Positions 17,753-27,985 of a stretch of DNA of 64,000 bases are shown here, one piece after another. How positions within the stretch are numbered: position 1 is the first letter of the stretch; every line of letters starts with the position of its first letter. The stretch is from assembly GCA_009392915.1 (NCBI GenBank), contig CP045477.1, positions 416,001-480,000 of the forward strand, read 5' to 3'. Position numbers and translations under genes: made by a program. The stretch comes from Candidatus Forterrea multitransposorum CG_2015-17_Forterrea_25_41. GTDB lineage: Archaea > Iainarchaeota > Iainarchaeia > Iainarchaeales > CSSED10-239. The notes beneath the pieces are model-generated. The model worked only from the letters and a program-made list of their open reading frames with translations. It ran no database searches and was not told the DNA's origin.

Positions 17753-18391
17753 TTAAATTTTTAATTTGTTTTTATCAACAATCTTAGATAAAAGAACAGA
17801 GTCTTTCTTTTCATAAAATTCAAAAGCATCTAAAATATCTAAATAAACATTTTCTAAAATATTGTTTGCAGTCTTTTTTGAAATCTTTTTAGTTTTATTT
17901 AATTTTTTTAAAAAAGAGATTACATCTTTAATGTCCTTACTTATATTTTTTTCATTAAAATTATTAAATTTAATAGTAAGGTCTTTTAATTTTAAAAAAT
18001 CTTTATCAACTTTGATAAATACAACTTCTTTTTTATTTACTTCTTTAAAAAACTTATAATGTTTCTTTAAAAAATCATAAATATCTTTATCAATTATGCT
18101 TTCTTGTATAAAATGTTTCTTATGATTTAATTTAGAGTATACAAAATGCTCTAAGAAACTATTTGTTTTACCTTCTTTTTTAAGAAGTAAAAGTAAATAG
18201 AAATAAATATGAAAGATACTATTTGAATAAAGATTATGCTTTTCACAATAGACTTTAACATAATTAAAAAAAGAATCTAAATCGTTTTTTAAAAGAAGTT
18301 TTAAAGATTTAGAAATAAACTCATCATTAATGTAAGAAGGTTTCTTAAAGTATTTTTTTAAAGTTAAATTATTTTTTAATTTTAAAAGCAT
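17753..18391 (-). CDS. Hypothetical K-rich protein.
   Basis: An ORF with coding-like composition and no recognisable motif. Confidence 0.3.
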   Translation of the reverse strand: MLLKLKNNLTLKKYFKKPSYINDEFISKSLKLLLKNDLDSFFNYVKVYCEKHNLYSNSIFHIYFYLLLLLKKEGKTNSFLEHFVYSKLNHKKHFIQESIIDKDIYDFLKKHYKFFKEVNKKEVVFIKVDKDFLKLKDLTIKFNNFNEKNISKDIKDVISFLKKLNKTKKISKKTANNILENVYLDILDAFEFYEKKDSVLLSKIVDKNKLKI

Positions 18392-18518
18392 AATTTATCA
18401 CTAATTAACATATATATTATATACATGTCCTTTTTAAATACATATTTTTTATTAATTTCAAACCAAATAAAATAAATATAAAAAAAGAGATAAAATATAA
18501 TATCAAGGAGGGATCTTT

Positions 18519-19175
18519 TTGGAGTATGATAAAGAAAAAATGGAAAAGGCAAATAATTTAGTTAAAATACTAGAAAAAAAAGAAATACCTATTGAAATAA
18601 CTAATTTTAAAGAAGAAACTATTAAAGAGTTAAATAATTTCTACAATTACAACATAAACCCTGATTTTAAAATCATTCTTTTAGATAAAAGAGAAGAGTT
18701 TGATATTATTTCTGGAGAAAAAACCAAAGATTGGATGATTGGTAGAACCATATATGTAATTGGAAAAATAATAATATTTAACATAGATGCAGTTGAAAGA
18801 GAAACAAATCACAAAAAAGAAGATTTTTATAAAACTTTAAAACATGAAATTGCACATCTTTATTTTTTTAAAATAAGCTCTAAAGGTCACCCTAAATGGT
18901 TAAATGAAGGAATGGGATATTTTCTTGCAAAACAAGACTATAAAGATCTTCCTTTAGAACAAGCAGTTGAAGCAATAGATCAATTTAATAGCTTTGATGG
19001 AAAACATTATCCACATAGTGCAAAATTAGTAAGATTACTAATAGAAAAATATGGAAAAGAAAAAATTATTGAATTAATTAACTCTTGGTACTATAAAAGA
19101 GATGAGTTTGAAAATAATTTTAAAGAGATATATGGTTTTAAGTTTACAAAAGAAGAGCTTATTAAAAATCTTTAA
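18519..19175 (+). CDS. Putative gluzincin-like metallopeptidase-fold protein.
   Basis: HEIAHLYF HExxH motif followed by WLNEGMGYF (a possible third ligand Glu). Confidence 0.3.
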   Translation: MEYDKEKMEKANNLVKILEKKEIPIEITNFKEETIKELNNFYNYNINPDFKIILLDKREEFDIISGEKTKDWMIGRTIYVIGKIIIFNIDAVERETNHKKEDFYKTLKHEIAHLYFFKISSKGHPKWLNEGMGYFLAKQDYKDLPLEQAVEAIDQFNSFDGKHYPHSAKLVRLLIEKYGKEKIIELINSWYYKRDEFENNFKEIYGFKFTKEELIKNL

Positions 19176-19768
19176 TATTGTCTAATCTTATCAATATTAA
19201 GCTCCATAGTTACCTTATGAACCTCTTCTGTTAATTCCATATCTTTTAAAAGATATTTTTCAATAGAGGCATAGTCTTTCTTATGACAAAGCTCTGCAAC
19301 CATAGATCCATCAATATCATCTATTAAAGAAACACCAATAGCTTCTCCAAACTCTTTTAAGGTTCCTCTGCTTTTACCATATCTAAAACAAGTAATATAA
19401 TCTCTTAAGTCAAGTATTTCTTTTAAAGAAAAATGTTGTATCTTTACTCTATTAATAAAGCTTCTTGTAACTAGAAAAGAAATATCAAAACTTTTAATAT
19501 TAAAACCAACTATTCTAAAGACAGGATATTTTGTTTTAAAATCTTTAAAGTAGTTCCAGAACTTTTCTAAAAGTTCTTTTTCATTCTCTCCAATTAAAAT
19601 AACTGAATCTTTATCTTTTTCTTTAAGACCAATAGCTATAACTTTTGAATCAACTGGGTTAATTAGCTTTTGTCTTTCCTCTTCCTCTTTTTCAAAATAA
19701 CCATCAAAGGTAACAGGACAGGTTTCAATATCTAAATATAAGTAGTTCATATAGATATATGGTAGCAA
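19172..19768 (-). CDS. DnaQ/DEDD-like 3'-5' exonuclease (PolB-exo related, RNase H-like fold).
   Basis: YLDIETCP (Exo I-like) and IVGFNIKSFDISFLVTR (Exo II-like). Confidence 0.5.
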   Translation of the reverse strand: MLPYIYMNYLYLDIETCPVTFDGYFEKEEEERQKLINPVDSKVIAIGLKEKDKDSVILIGENEKELLEKFWNYFKDFKTKYPVFRIVGFNIKSFDISFLVTRSFINRVKIQHFSLKEILDLRDYITCFRYGKSRGTLKEFGEAIGVSLIDDIDGSMVAELCHKKDYASIEKYLLKDMELTEEVHKVTMELNIDKIRQY

Positions 19769-19815
19769 AAATATATATCTTTATCTAAAGAGGGTATCTG
19801 GCCGAAGAAAGCTAT

Positions 19816-20352
19816 TTACACTTCTAAAAAATAAAAACAAAGATAATTTTCTTTTTCTTTTTTTCTCTTTACAAACTTAAAATTATTCTTTAAAATATTT
19901 ATTTTACTAAAAATATTCTTAGGGTTTACAGTAATTAATATCTTTTTACAACCTTTCTTCTTTAATATTTCAATTCTTTTCTTTATAAAAAAGTCCTGTA
20001 TTCCTTGTCCTCTATATTTAACATCTACAGCAGTTCCAAAAAGAAAAGCAGATTTTAACCCTTCTTTTTTTGAAATATTATATTTTTCAAAATCTTTTTT
20101 TACAGGAAAAAGATATCCACACCAAGAAATAATCTTATCTTTATCTAAAAGAAGTAAAAGTTTTCCTTTTTTTAATTTTCTTTCAAAATTTTCTTTACTA
20201 TGTAAAGGATAAAAATCTATAGTTGTTGTTTTTGCTATTCTTTTATCAAATAAACAAAGTGAAGGAATATCTTTTTTATTTGCAAACCTAAGTTTATATT
20301 TTTTTGAAATCATAATATCATAAATTACATGTATTTTAAATAATATATACAA
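19816..20352 (-). CDS. GNAT family N-acetyltransferase.
   Basis: GTAVDVKYRGQGIQDFFIKKRIE resembles the GNAT motif A (R/Q-x-x-G-x-G/A). Confidence 0.5.
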   Translation of the reverse strand: MYILFKIHVIYDIMISKKYKLRFANKKDIPSLCLFDKRIAKTTTIDFYPLHSKENFERKLKKGKLLLLLDKDKIISWCGYLFPVKKDFEKYNISKKEGLKSAFLFGTAVDVKYRGQGIQDFFIKKRIEILKKKGCKKILITVNPKNIFSKINILKNNFKFVKRKKEKENYLCFYFLEV

Positions 20353-20490
20353 AAGCTATATTTTTAAACAAATCTATTTAAATAAATATATATGAAGTAA
20401 CTACTTTATAATTTATAAAAAAAGTTTTCTTTATTTATATTTTTCTTTTTAAGAGAAGAAGACTTTAAAAAAATACAAAAAAACATATTT

Positions 20491-22314
20491 ATGAGTGAAA
20501 CTAAAGAAAAAACAAAAAAAGTTTCTTACAAAGAAAGAATAAAAACTTTAAAGTTAATCTTAAAGTGGTCCTATAAGTCATCTCCTTCAATATTTATAGG
20601 TGTAATTCTTTTAACAATTGTAAGTGGACTTTTAGTTGTTGTAACTCCATATGTCTACAAAATCTTAATAGATTACTTAACAACCTTAGACCTTACAACA
20701 ACAATAAAAGTGACTTCTTCTATAATATTTTTATTAATCTTATATCTTCTAACTATCTTTGGAGTTTATTTTTTCAATGAAATGAACTATCTTCTAAGAA
20801 CTAAAATGTCTTTAAGAATAGAAAAATATGCAAGTAGAAAGTTAATGGAAAAAACAACTTCTCTTGATTTAGAATATTTTGAAGATTCTGAGTTTTATGA
20901 TAGTTTATATAAAGCAAATCAAGTAATTGGACAAACACCAGGAATTTTAAGAGACTTTGTTTCAGTTTTTAGATTTTTAATAGCATCAGCTGCAATATTA
21001 ATCTCTTTAATTGTATATGATATAAAAATAGCTATACTTGTTTTAATAGGAACAATTCCAACATTATTAGTTTCTTTAAAATATGTAAATGTAAATTATA
21101 TGGTGTTTTCTTCAAACTCAAAAGAAAAAAGAAAAGCAAAATATTATCTTAATTTAATAAATACAGATAAAAAGTCTGTTAAAGAAATAAAACTATTCTC
21201 ACTTAAAAATACTTTTTTAAACAAATTTGAAGAACTTTTCAAAAGTGCAATAAAAAGACAAGATAAAGCAATCAACAAACACATGTTACTTGTATCTTTA
21301 AGTATTCTCTTTAACATGGCTGCAATGGTTTTTGCTTTAATAATTTCTATAAACCTATTTATTAAAGGACAAATAACCATAGGAACTATAGTTTTCTTAT
21401 TTGCTTTAATTACAGATTTTTCATATAATGTAAGTGTTCTTTTTGAATTATTTGGATATCTTAACACTTCAGTAACAGAATCAAATAGTTTAAGAGAAGT
21501 CTTAGTCTATAAACAAAAAATGATAACAAACAAGAGAAAAGTTTTCCCAAAGAAACTAAAACAAGGAATTACTTTTAAAGATGTATATTTTAAATATCCA
21601 AAAACAGAAAAATATGTTTTAAAAGATATAAACCTTACAATTAAGCCAGGGGAAAATATAGCTATTGTTGGAGAGAATGGCTCAGGAAAAACAACCTTTA
21701 TTAAACTTCTAACAAGGCTTTATGATACTTCTAAAGGAAATATCTTAATTGAAAATAAAGATTTAAAAGATTATAATTTATCAGAGATTCATAAAAACAT
21801 AGGTGTTATCTTTCAAGACTTTGTACAATATGAAGTAACTGTTAAAGAAAACATACATTTTGGAAATATTACAAAATCACCTAAAAATATTCAAGACTCA
21901 GCAGTAAAATCAGGAGCTCATAACTTTATAAAAGACTTTGATAAAAGATATTTAGAAAATTTAGGAAGAACCATTGAAAAAGATGGAAAAGAACTATCTG
22001 GTGGACAATGGCAAAAAATAGCTCTTGCAAGAGCTTTCTTTAAAGATTCAAAGATACTTATCTTAGATGAACCAACAGCTGCAATTGATGCAAAAGCTGA
22101 ATATGAGTTATTTAAAAGATTTAAAGCTTTAACCAAAAATAAAACAACTATCCTTATCTCTCATAGATTTTCAACTGTGAGAATGGCTGATAGAATCATT
22201 GTTATGGATAAGGGTAAAATTGTTGAAGAGGGTAGCCATAAAGAACTTATGGAAAAGAAAGGTGTCTACCATAACTTATTTACTCTTCAGGCTAAAGGAT
22301 ATGATATAGAATAA
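20491..22314 (+). CDS. ABC exporter, fused TMD-NBD (MsbA/MdlB-like).
   Basis: Six TM N-terminal half; Walker A GENGSGKTT, signature LSGGQWQKIALARA, Walker B ILILDEPTAAID. Confidence 0.85.
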   Translation: MSETKEKTKKVSYKERIKTLKLILKWSYKSSPSIFIGVILLTIVSGLLVVVTPYVYKILIDYLTTLDLTTTIKVTSSIIFLLILYLLTIFGVYFFNEMNYLLRTKMSLRIEKYASRKLMEKTTSLDLEYFEDSEFYDSLYKANQVIGQTPGILRDFVSVFRFLIASAAILISLIVYDIKIAILVLIGTIPTLLVSLKYVNVNYMVFSSNSKEKRKAKYYLNLINTDKKSVKEIKLFSLKNTFLNKFEELFKSAIKRQDKAINKHMLLVSLSILFNMAAMVFALIISINLFIKGQITIGTIVFLFALITDFSYNVSVLFELFGYLNTSVTESNSLREVLVYKQKMITNKRKVFPKKLKQGITFKDVYFKYPKTEKYVLKDINLTIKPGENIAIVGENGSGKTTFIKLLTRLYDTSKGNILIENKDLKDYNLSEIHKNIGVIFQDFVQYEVTVKENIHFGNITKSPKNIQDSAVKSGAHNFIKDFDKRYLENLGRTIEKDGKELSGGQWQKIALARAFFKDSKILILDEPTAAIDAKAEYELFKRFKALTKNKTTILISHRFSTVRMADRIIVMDKGKIVEEGSHKELMEKKGVYHNLFTLQAKGYDIE

Positions 22315-22321
22315 TTAAAAG

Positions 22322-22392
22322 TCCCCTCAACCGGATTTGAACCGATTCTAAAAGGTCTACAGCCCTTTGTGCTATCATTACACCATGAGGGG
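22322..22392 (-). tRNA. tRNA-Tyr (anticodon GUA).
   Basis: Manual fold: 7-bp acceptor CCCCTCA/TGAGGGG with C1:G72 (archaeal/eukaryal Tyr identity), D-stem GTGT/GCAC, anticodon loop CTGTAGA, T-loop TTCAAAT. No intron. Confidence 0.8.
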
Positions 22393-22447
22393 TTTTTTCT
22401 TCTTTAATATTTCTTCTTTTTAAAAAAATAAAAAAAGAGGTCATCTT

Positions 22448-22710
22448 TTATCCTCTAAGTCTCACCATCTTCTTTCTCAAATCATCTGTATCCATAGCTA
22501 TGCTTATAAGGTTATTTTTTAAAAGCCTACTCAGGTTATGCCTAAGCGTTCTATCAGATATATTCAATGATTGATTTAATTGAGAAATAGAAATTGACTC
22601 ACGACTAGATAACTCTTCTAATATCTTTTTAGATGTTTTTGTAATAGGGACACTGGGTTTTTATCCTTTTAACATCACTTAAAACCCAACACCTTTTATC
22701 GTCGTTCATA
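22448..22710 (-). pseudogene. Small Lrp/AsnC-type HTH protein interrupted by a frameshift at an A5 homopolymer (plus-strand T5 at 22659-22663).
   Basis: A 26-codon ORF from the ATG at 22710 stops (MNDDKRCWVLSDVKRIKTQCPYYKNI*). The +1 frame continues ...PITKTSKKILEELSSRESISISQLNQSLNISDRTLRHNLSRLLKNNLISIAMDTDDLRKKMVRLRG* with no start codon. Removing one A merges the two into an ~86-aa HTH protein. Confidence 0.35.
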
Positions 22711-22892
22711 AATAAGTAAATAAAGAGAAAAGCTTTTAAAGACAAAGAAAGTGGCAATTATTTAATTTTGTCCAAGAAATATAGAAATTACCTTTATAGA
22801 GAAAAATACATAAAGTTTATATATATTATGTTTATACTATATAAATATATTATATATATGAAAACTTATAAACAAACGAGGTAGACTTAAAA

Positions 22893-25400
22893 ATGAAAAA
22901 AATATTTTATATACTTATAATCTTTATGACTTTATTTTTTGCAGGAAATTTATTTGCATTCACACCAACATTTTATGTGGGAGACGGAGTAACAGGACAA
23001 GCAACTCAATGCCTTACTCCTAATTACAATACAATAACTGGAGCATTAGAAAATATTTATAGTAACAATATTCCAAATTCACTAATAATTCTTTGTGAAG
23101 GAACATATAAAGAAGATGTGTTTCTTTCAAGTGAACTTGGAATTACATTAATGGGAGAAAATGAAAATGTAATTCTTGAAGGATTAGATAATGAAAATAG
23201 TGTAATTTCTATTTTATATGGAAAAAAATTTTTTCTAAAAAATTTAAAAATTAATTCTGATTCACTATATGGAATTTTTTCAATACAATCAGAAAACATA
23301 AATCTAGAAGATATAGAAATTAATCTTTCTTCATCAACAATTAAAGATGAAAATTCATCAGGAATAAATTTTTCTTATTCAGATAATGTAACATTAAAAA
23401 ATAAAATAGAAATTAATGTTAGTTCTAAAGATAAAGATAAAATAACAGGAATTACAATTAATAATTCTCAAGTTAGTTTAGAAGCTGAAGATTTAATTAT
23501 AGAAAACTTATTTTCAACAAATAATTCAGCAATAATATATGGACTTGAGATTATAGATTCAGAAGTAGATTTAAAAGAAAATATTAAAATAAAAAATATC
23601 AGTGGACTTGAAGCAATTGGAATTTTAATAGATAATTCAGAAATTAATAATACATCTCAAATAAGTATTAATTCAGAGAAAATAGATTCAATGTCAATTT
23701 CTAAAGGAATAGAAATTAAAAATAATTCTCAAATTAATATTAATGGAGATACAATAATTAATCTATTAGAAATAGGTAATGGAAATTCAGAAGCTTATGG
23801 TTTATTTTTAGAAAATACCCAAATACCTTCTTTTGGAGAAATTAGTCTATATGATATTAGAGGAGATTATATTTCTAAAGGAATTTACATAAAAGATACT
23901 GATGCTTTCTTTATAAAAGAAATAATCTTTTCAGAGAATAAAACAAATGATCAAACAACTTTTGTTGAGATAATTAATTCATCAGGAGATATTTCAGAGA
24001 TATATGATTCAGAAGAATCTTTTACAAATTATTCTAATTTTAAATATATACATCTTAAAGAAAATTCAGATATTAGAATTAATAAATTTAATATATATAG
24101 TGGAGATGCTTTCCCTGAATGTTTATATATTGAAGAAAATTCAAAAATAGAAATTACAAATGGTAATTTTCAAAATTGTCTGACAGGTTCTATAAAAAAT
24201 AAAGATTCTCAAATAATATTAAAAGAGACAAATAATTTTAATGAAAATAAAATTATTTCTTTTCAAAGTAATGATTCTAAAATAGAAGTTTACAAACCAG
24301 TAAACTTAAGTTTTTATAAAAATGGAAATAAAATAAACTTAGATTTAATTAAATTTTATAATGAAGATGGATATTATACAAATATATTTTTACAAAATAA
24401 ATCAGATGTAAAAATTGATTTATTATACTATAAACTTGCTTTCAATAATGGTATTGCAGATACTAAAGAATACAAAAGTTATGGGATTAAAACAATTTAT
24501 GACAGAATAAATGAAAATCCAGAATATATTTCTCTTGAAGGATATCAAGAAAATAGTTATAATATAGAAACACAAGAAATGCCTACAGAATTTATTGAAA
24601 TGAGAGCAAAAGATGGTGAGGCAACAGAAACTTCTAACCACTTTTCAGTAGTTGAAAAAGAATGTAGTGTTATTAAAAGTAATACCTATAAATGTTATGA
24701 TATTAAAAAATCAGATTCAATTAATGGTACAGATTATGAAATTGATTTTAAAATACCTGTAAGTTGGATAATTGCAAATGAACTTAAAGGAGATAATATT
24801 TCTCTTTACCATTATGAAAATGGAAATTATAAAAAACTAAATACAGAAAAGAAAGAAATGATTAATAATTATCAAAAATATACTGCAAATATTGAATCAT
24901 TCTCAGAATTTAAGATTGGAGGAGAAGAAACAACTGAAGAAAGTTCATCTTCTCAAACAAATGATTCATCAAGTCAAGATACAACTACAAATAATGATAC
25001 AAATACAGTAGATCAAAATAACAATACACCAGAAACACCAGATCAAAATATTACAACACCAGAAACAATAGATGAAAATAAAGAATGTAATATCACTTGT
25101 GATCCTGTTTATGAATATTTAGACATTGATAATTGTGAATGTATAGATATATCAGATAGAGTAGGATGTAGAATAGAGTGTGGTCCAGGATATACAGTTG
25201 ATAGAGAAAATTGTGAATGTGTAGAAATTGTTCTTGAAGGTGTTAAAACAGGAATTAAATTCTTTAATGGTGTTCTTTATATAGTATTAATAATTGTTAT
25301 AATAATACTAAGTATAATAGTATTTAAAAAGAAAAAACCAAAAATGAGAAAAAATGATACCCACAATCCTAAAAATAAAAAAAACACTAGAAGAAAATAA
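22893..25400 (+). CDS. Large secreted surface protein.
   Basis: Signal peptide, an N/S/I-rich beta-helix-like repeat region, a T/N-rich linker, a Cys-rich stalk, a C-terminal TM anchor and a basic tail. The hydrophobic anchor is LYIVLIIVIIILSIIVF followed by KKKK. The Cys-rich stalk reads CNITCDPVYEYLDIDNCECIDISDRVGCRIECGPGYTVDRENCECVEI. Confidence 0.7.
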   Translation: MKKIFYILIIFMTLFFAGNLFAFTPTFYVGDGVTGQATQCLTPNYNTITGALENIYSNNIPNSLIILCEGTYKEDVFLSSELGITLMGENENVILEGLDNENSVISILYGKKFFLKNLKINSDSLYGIFSIQSENINLEDIEINLSSSTIKDENSSGINFSYSDNVTLKNKIEINVSSKDKDKITGITINNSQVSLEAEDLIIENLFSTNNSAIIYGLEIIDSEVDLKENIKIKNISGLEAIGILIDNSEINNTSQISINSEKIDSMSISKGIEIKNNSQININGDTIINLLEIGNGNSEAYGLFLENTQIPSFGEISLYDIRGDYISKGIYIKDTDAFFIKEIIFSENKTNDQTTFVEIINSSGDISEIYDSEESFTNYSNFKYIHLKENSDIRINKFNIYSGDAFPECLYIEENSKIEITNGNFQNCLTGSIKNKDSQIILKETNNFNENKIISFQSNDSKIEVYKPVNLSFYKNGNKINLDLIKFYNEDGYYTNIFLQNKSDVKIDLLYYKLAFNNGIADTKEYKSYGIKTIYDRINENPEYISLEGYQENSYNIETQEMPTEFIEMRAKDGEATETSNHFSVVEKECSVIKSNTYKCYDIKKSDSINGTDYEIDFKIPVSWIIANELKGDNISLYHYENGNYKKLNTEKKEMINNYQKYTANIESFSEFKIGGEETTEESSSSQTNDSSSQDTTTNNDTNTVDQNNNTPETPDQNITTPETIDENKECNITCDPVYEYLDIDNCECIDISDRVGCRIECGPGYTVDRENCECVEIVLEGVKTGIKFFNGVLYIVLIIVIIILSIIVFKKKKPKMRKNDTHNPKNKKNTRRK

Positions 25401-25791
25401 TATTAATTATTTTCTTTCTGGTGGATCTTCTCTTTTTTTAAGAAAAATAATTAAGAATACTAAGGATATTGATTTTTCTATAAAAGAAGAAGATTTAAAA
25501 AAAGCAAAAGAAGCTTTTAAAGAAGAAAAACTTTTAACTTCTAATAAAAAAGCAATTACATTCTATAAAGATGGATTTGAAATAGAACTACTTTTAACTT
25601 CTGAAAAAACAGATAAACTTTCAAATGATATTCTAGAAAAAAAGCTTTTTGATAAAATTAAGATTAAAAATGAAGAAATTAATTTAATTTCTTTAAAAAA
25701 TCTTCTTTCAATATATAGGTTTGTTTACTTAAGAGATGGTAAAGAAAAACATTTTGAAAGAATAAAGCTTATTGAAAAGTTATTAAAATAA
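25354..25791 (+). CDS. Putative nucleotidyltransferase-fold protein.
   Basis: YFLSGGSSLFLRKIIKNTKDIDFSI resembles a minimal NTase hG[GS]...DxD motif. Confidence 0.25.
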   Translation: MIPTILKIKKTLEENNINYFLSGGSSLFLRKIIKNTKDIDFSIKEEDLKKAKEAFKEEKLLTSNKKAITFYKDGFEIELLLTSEKTDKLSNDILEKKLFDKIKIKNEEINLISLKNLLSIYRFVYLRDGKEKHFERIKLIEKLLK

Positions 25792-25893
25792 TATTTTTAT
25801 TTGTATAATTATGCAAGTGTTTAAAAACCTTTTCTTACATAATTATATTACTTATTCTTAATAATTAACAAAAAAAATAAAAGGTGATTTAAA

Positions 25894-26544
25894 ATGACAG
25901 AAAATAGTTTTCCTTTAATAGGAGATAACTTACCAGAAATGAAAGTTCAAACAACCATGGGAGAAAAAAACTTACCAGTTGATTACAAAGGTAAATGGAT
26001 TGTTTTATTCAGTCATCCAGCAGACTTTACTCCTGTTTGTACAACAGAATTTTATTCTTTTGCAAAGAAAAAAGAAGAATTTGATAAAATAAATACAGAG
26101 CTTTTAGGTCTTTCAATGGATCAAGTTTTTTCACACATTAAATGGGCTGAATGGATAAAAGATAATTTAGATCAAGAAATAAATTTTCCAATAATTGCAG
26201 ATCACGGACAAATTGCAACTAAATTAGGTATGCTTCATCCAAGTAAAGGAACAAATACAGTTAGAGCAGTTTTTATAATTGACCCTAAAGGAATTATAAG
26301 ACTTATAATGTACTACCCACAAGAAATTGGAAGAAATGTAGATGAGATTATAAGAAGTATAAAAGCTTTACAATATGCAGATAAACATAATGTAGCAATG
26401 CCTGAAAACTGGCCAAACCACCCTTTATTAAAAGATAAAGTAATTGTTCCTCCTGCAAAAGATGTTCAAACTGCAGAAAAAAGAAAAGAAGAATATAAAG
26501 ATTCTTGCTATGACTGGTGGCTTTGCTATAAAGACATGGAATAG
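25894..26544 (+). CDS. Peroxiredoxin (AhpC/TSA family, Prx6-like).
   Basis: FTPVCTTE peroxidatic-Cys motif and overall Prx architecture. GGTGA RBS 6 nt upstream. Confidence 0.85.
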   Translation: MTENSFPLIGDNLPEMKVQTTMGEKNLPVDYKGKWIVLFSHPADFTPVCTTEFYSFAKKKEEFDKINTELLGLSMDQVFSHIKWAEWIKDNLDQEINFPIIADHGQIATKLGMLHPSKGTNTVRAVFIIDPKGIIRLIMYYPQEIGRNVDEIIRSIKALQYADKHNVAMPENWPNHPLLKDKVIVPPAKDVQTAEKRKEEYKDSCYDWWLCYKDME

Positions 26545-26573
26545 TTAAAAAAATATAAAACAAAGATTTCCAT

Positions 26574-27017
26574 ATGAGATATTTAATAAAGATATTTAAA
26601 AGTAATTATTGCAAAATAGTTTTTTTAATATCTTTATTTTTATCTTATCTTCTTTTACCTAAAAACATTCTATCTTCATGGTATTTAATTTTTGGAATAC
26701 TTTTTATGATTACAATATCTTTAACCATAACTTGCCTGGTTAGAAATATTAAAGAAAAAATAGTTATTGCAAGAACTTATAAAAACTCAATAATTAATAT
26801 TATTCTTACAGTTCTAGGAATTTCTGCACTTCAAGTATGCGGTATTGGAGCCCCTGTTTGTGCAGCAACTGTTTCAGCTGGATTTCTTGGAACTATTTTT
26901 CCAAGTTTATTTTTAAATTTAAGTAAAGATTTTACAATTATTATAATTATTCTTTCAATAGGAATACAAATATTTTCTTTATACTCAATGAAATGTTTTA
27001 AAGTCTGTTCTAAATAA
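26574..27017 (+). CDS. Small polytopic membrane protein, hypothetical.
   Basis: Four hydrophobic helices. Confidence 0.35.
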   Translation: MRYLIKIFKSNYCKIVFLISLFLSYLLLPKNILSSWYLIFGILFMITISLTITCLVRNIKEKIVIARTYKNSIINIILTVLGISALQVCGIGAPVCAATVSAGFLGTIFPSLFLNLSKDFTIIIIILSIGIQIFSLYSMKCFKVCSK

Positions 27018-27921
27018 CTTTTTTAACCTGCCCTTTAGATAAATATTTAGGGTTTACAAATCTTTTTTTACCTGAAAAAGCAGAATAGTCTTCTGGAACT
27101 TTTAGATTTTTATTTTTTAATTTATTAATAGTAAAAGAGACTAAAGGATCCTTAAATTTTTTAATCTTTTTAATAATATAGTCATCAGTCTTATAGAAAT
27201 CTCTTAAATAAATTATTTTTTCACTTAAAGCTTTTTTTAAAAGATCAATAAAAAGATTATACTTATACATGTGAAGTTTTCCACCCCAATGATTCTCTGC
27301 AAAATATTTATAGTTTTTATAAAAGTTTAAAGCTGATTTTTTAGTATTAAAAATAATTTCATTTTCTACAACAATTAAATCATTTACCATTCTCTCTAAA
27401 GTATTTTTATCTTTTTTATAATAATAAAACTCTCTAAAAGTATAATCAAGCCTATCTGCACAAAGGTCAGGTGCATCTCTTTCAAGTAAAGGATAGTTTT
27501 TAAAATCAGAAATTTCTTCTAAACTGATTTTGTATTTTTTAAATATTTTAATTATTTCTTTATCTTTTTTTAAAAAACCATAAAAAATATTGTCTCCATG
27601 TGCTTCTTCTTGATTCTCTAGAAGATAATCATAAAGATGAGAAAAAGCCATGTGAGAAGCGTCATGCAAAAGACCAGCTATCTTTTCTTTTAAAGGAGCA
27701 TTAAATTTTTCTAAAAGAAGTAAAACACCCACACTATGTTCATATCTTGAAAACTCAATACCATAGTGCCATTTTTTAGGTAAACCTTGCTGTCTAATCT
27801 CTTTTAATCTTAAAATTACTTTTGACTTTAAAAGAGCTATTAGTACAGGTTCAGTTATTTTAAAAGAACCATAGACAGGATCTTTAATAATAACATAATT
27901 TTTATAAAAAGTAAGTTTCAT
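27010..27921 (-). CDS. HD-domain phosphohydrolase.
   Basis: H...HSVGV and LLHDASHMAFSH (HD motif). Confidence 0.65.
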   Translation of the reverse strand: MKLTFYKNYVIIKDPVYGSFKITEPVLIALLKSKVILRLKEIRQQGLPKKWHYGIEFSRYEHSVGVLLLLEKFNAPLKEKIAGLLHDASHMAFSHLYDYLLENQEEAHGDNIFYGFLKKDKEIIKIFKKYKISLEEISDFKNYPLLERDAPDLCADRLDYTFREFYYYKKDKNTLERMVNDLIVVENEIIFNTKKSALNFYKNYKYFAENHWGGKLHMYKYNLFIDLLKKALSEKIIYLRDFYKTDDYIIKKIKKFKDPLVSFTINKLKNKNLKVPEDYSAFSGKKRFVNPKYLSKGQVKKVI

Positions 27922-27985
27922 ACAATAGATATTATACTTTAAAAAGATTTAAAAAAAGAAGTATTTTTTCTTTTTTAAAAAAAAA

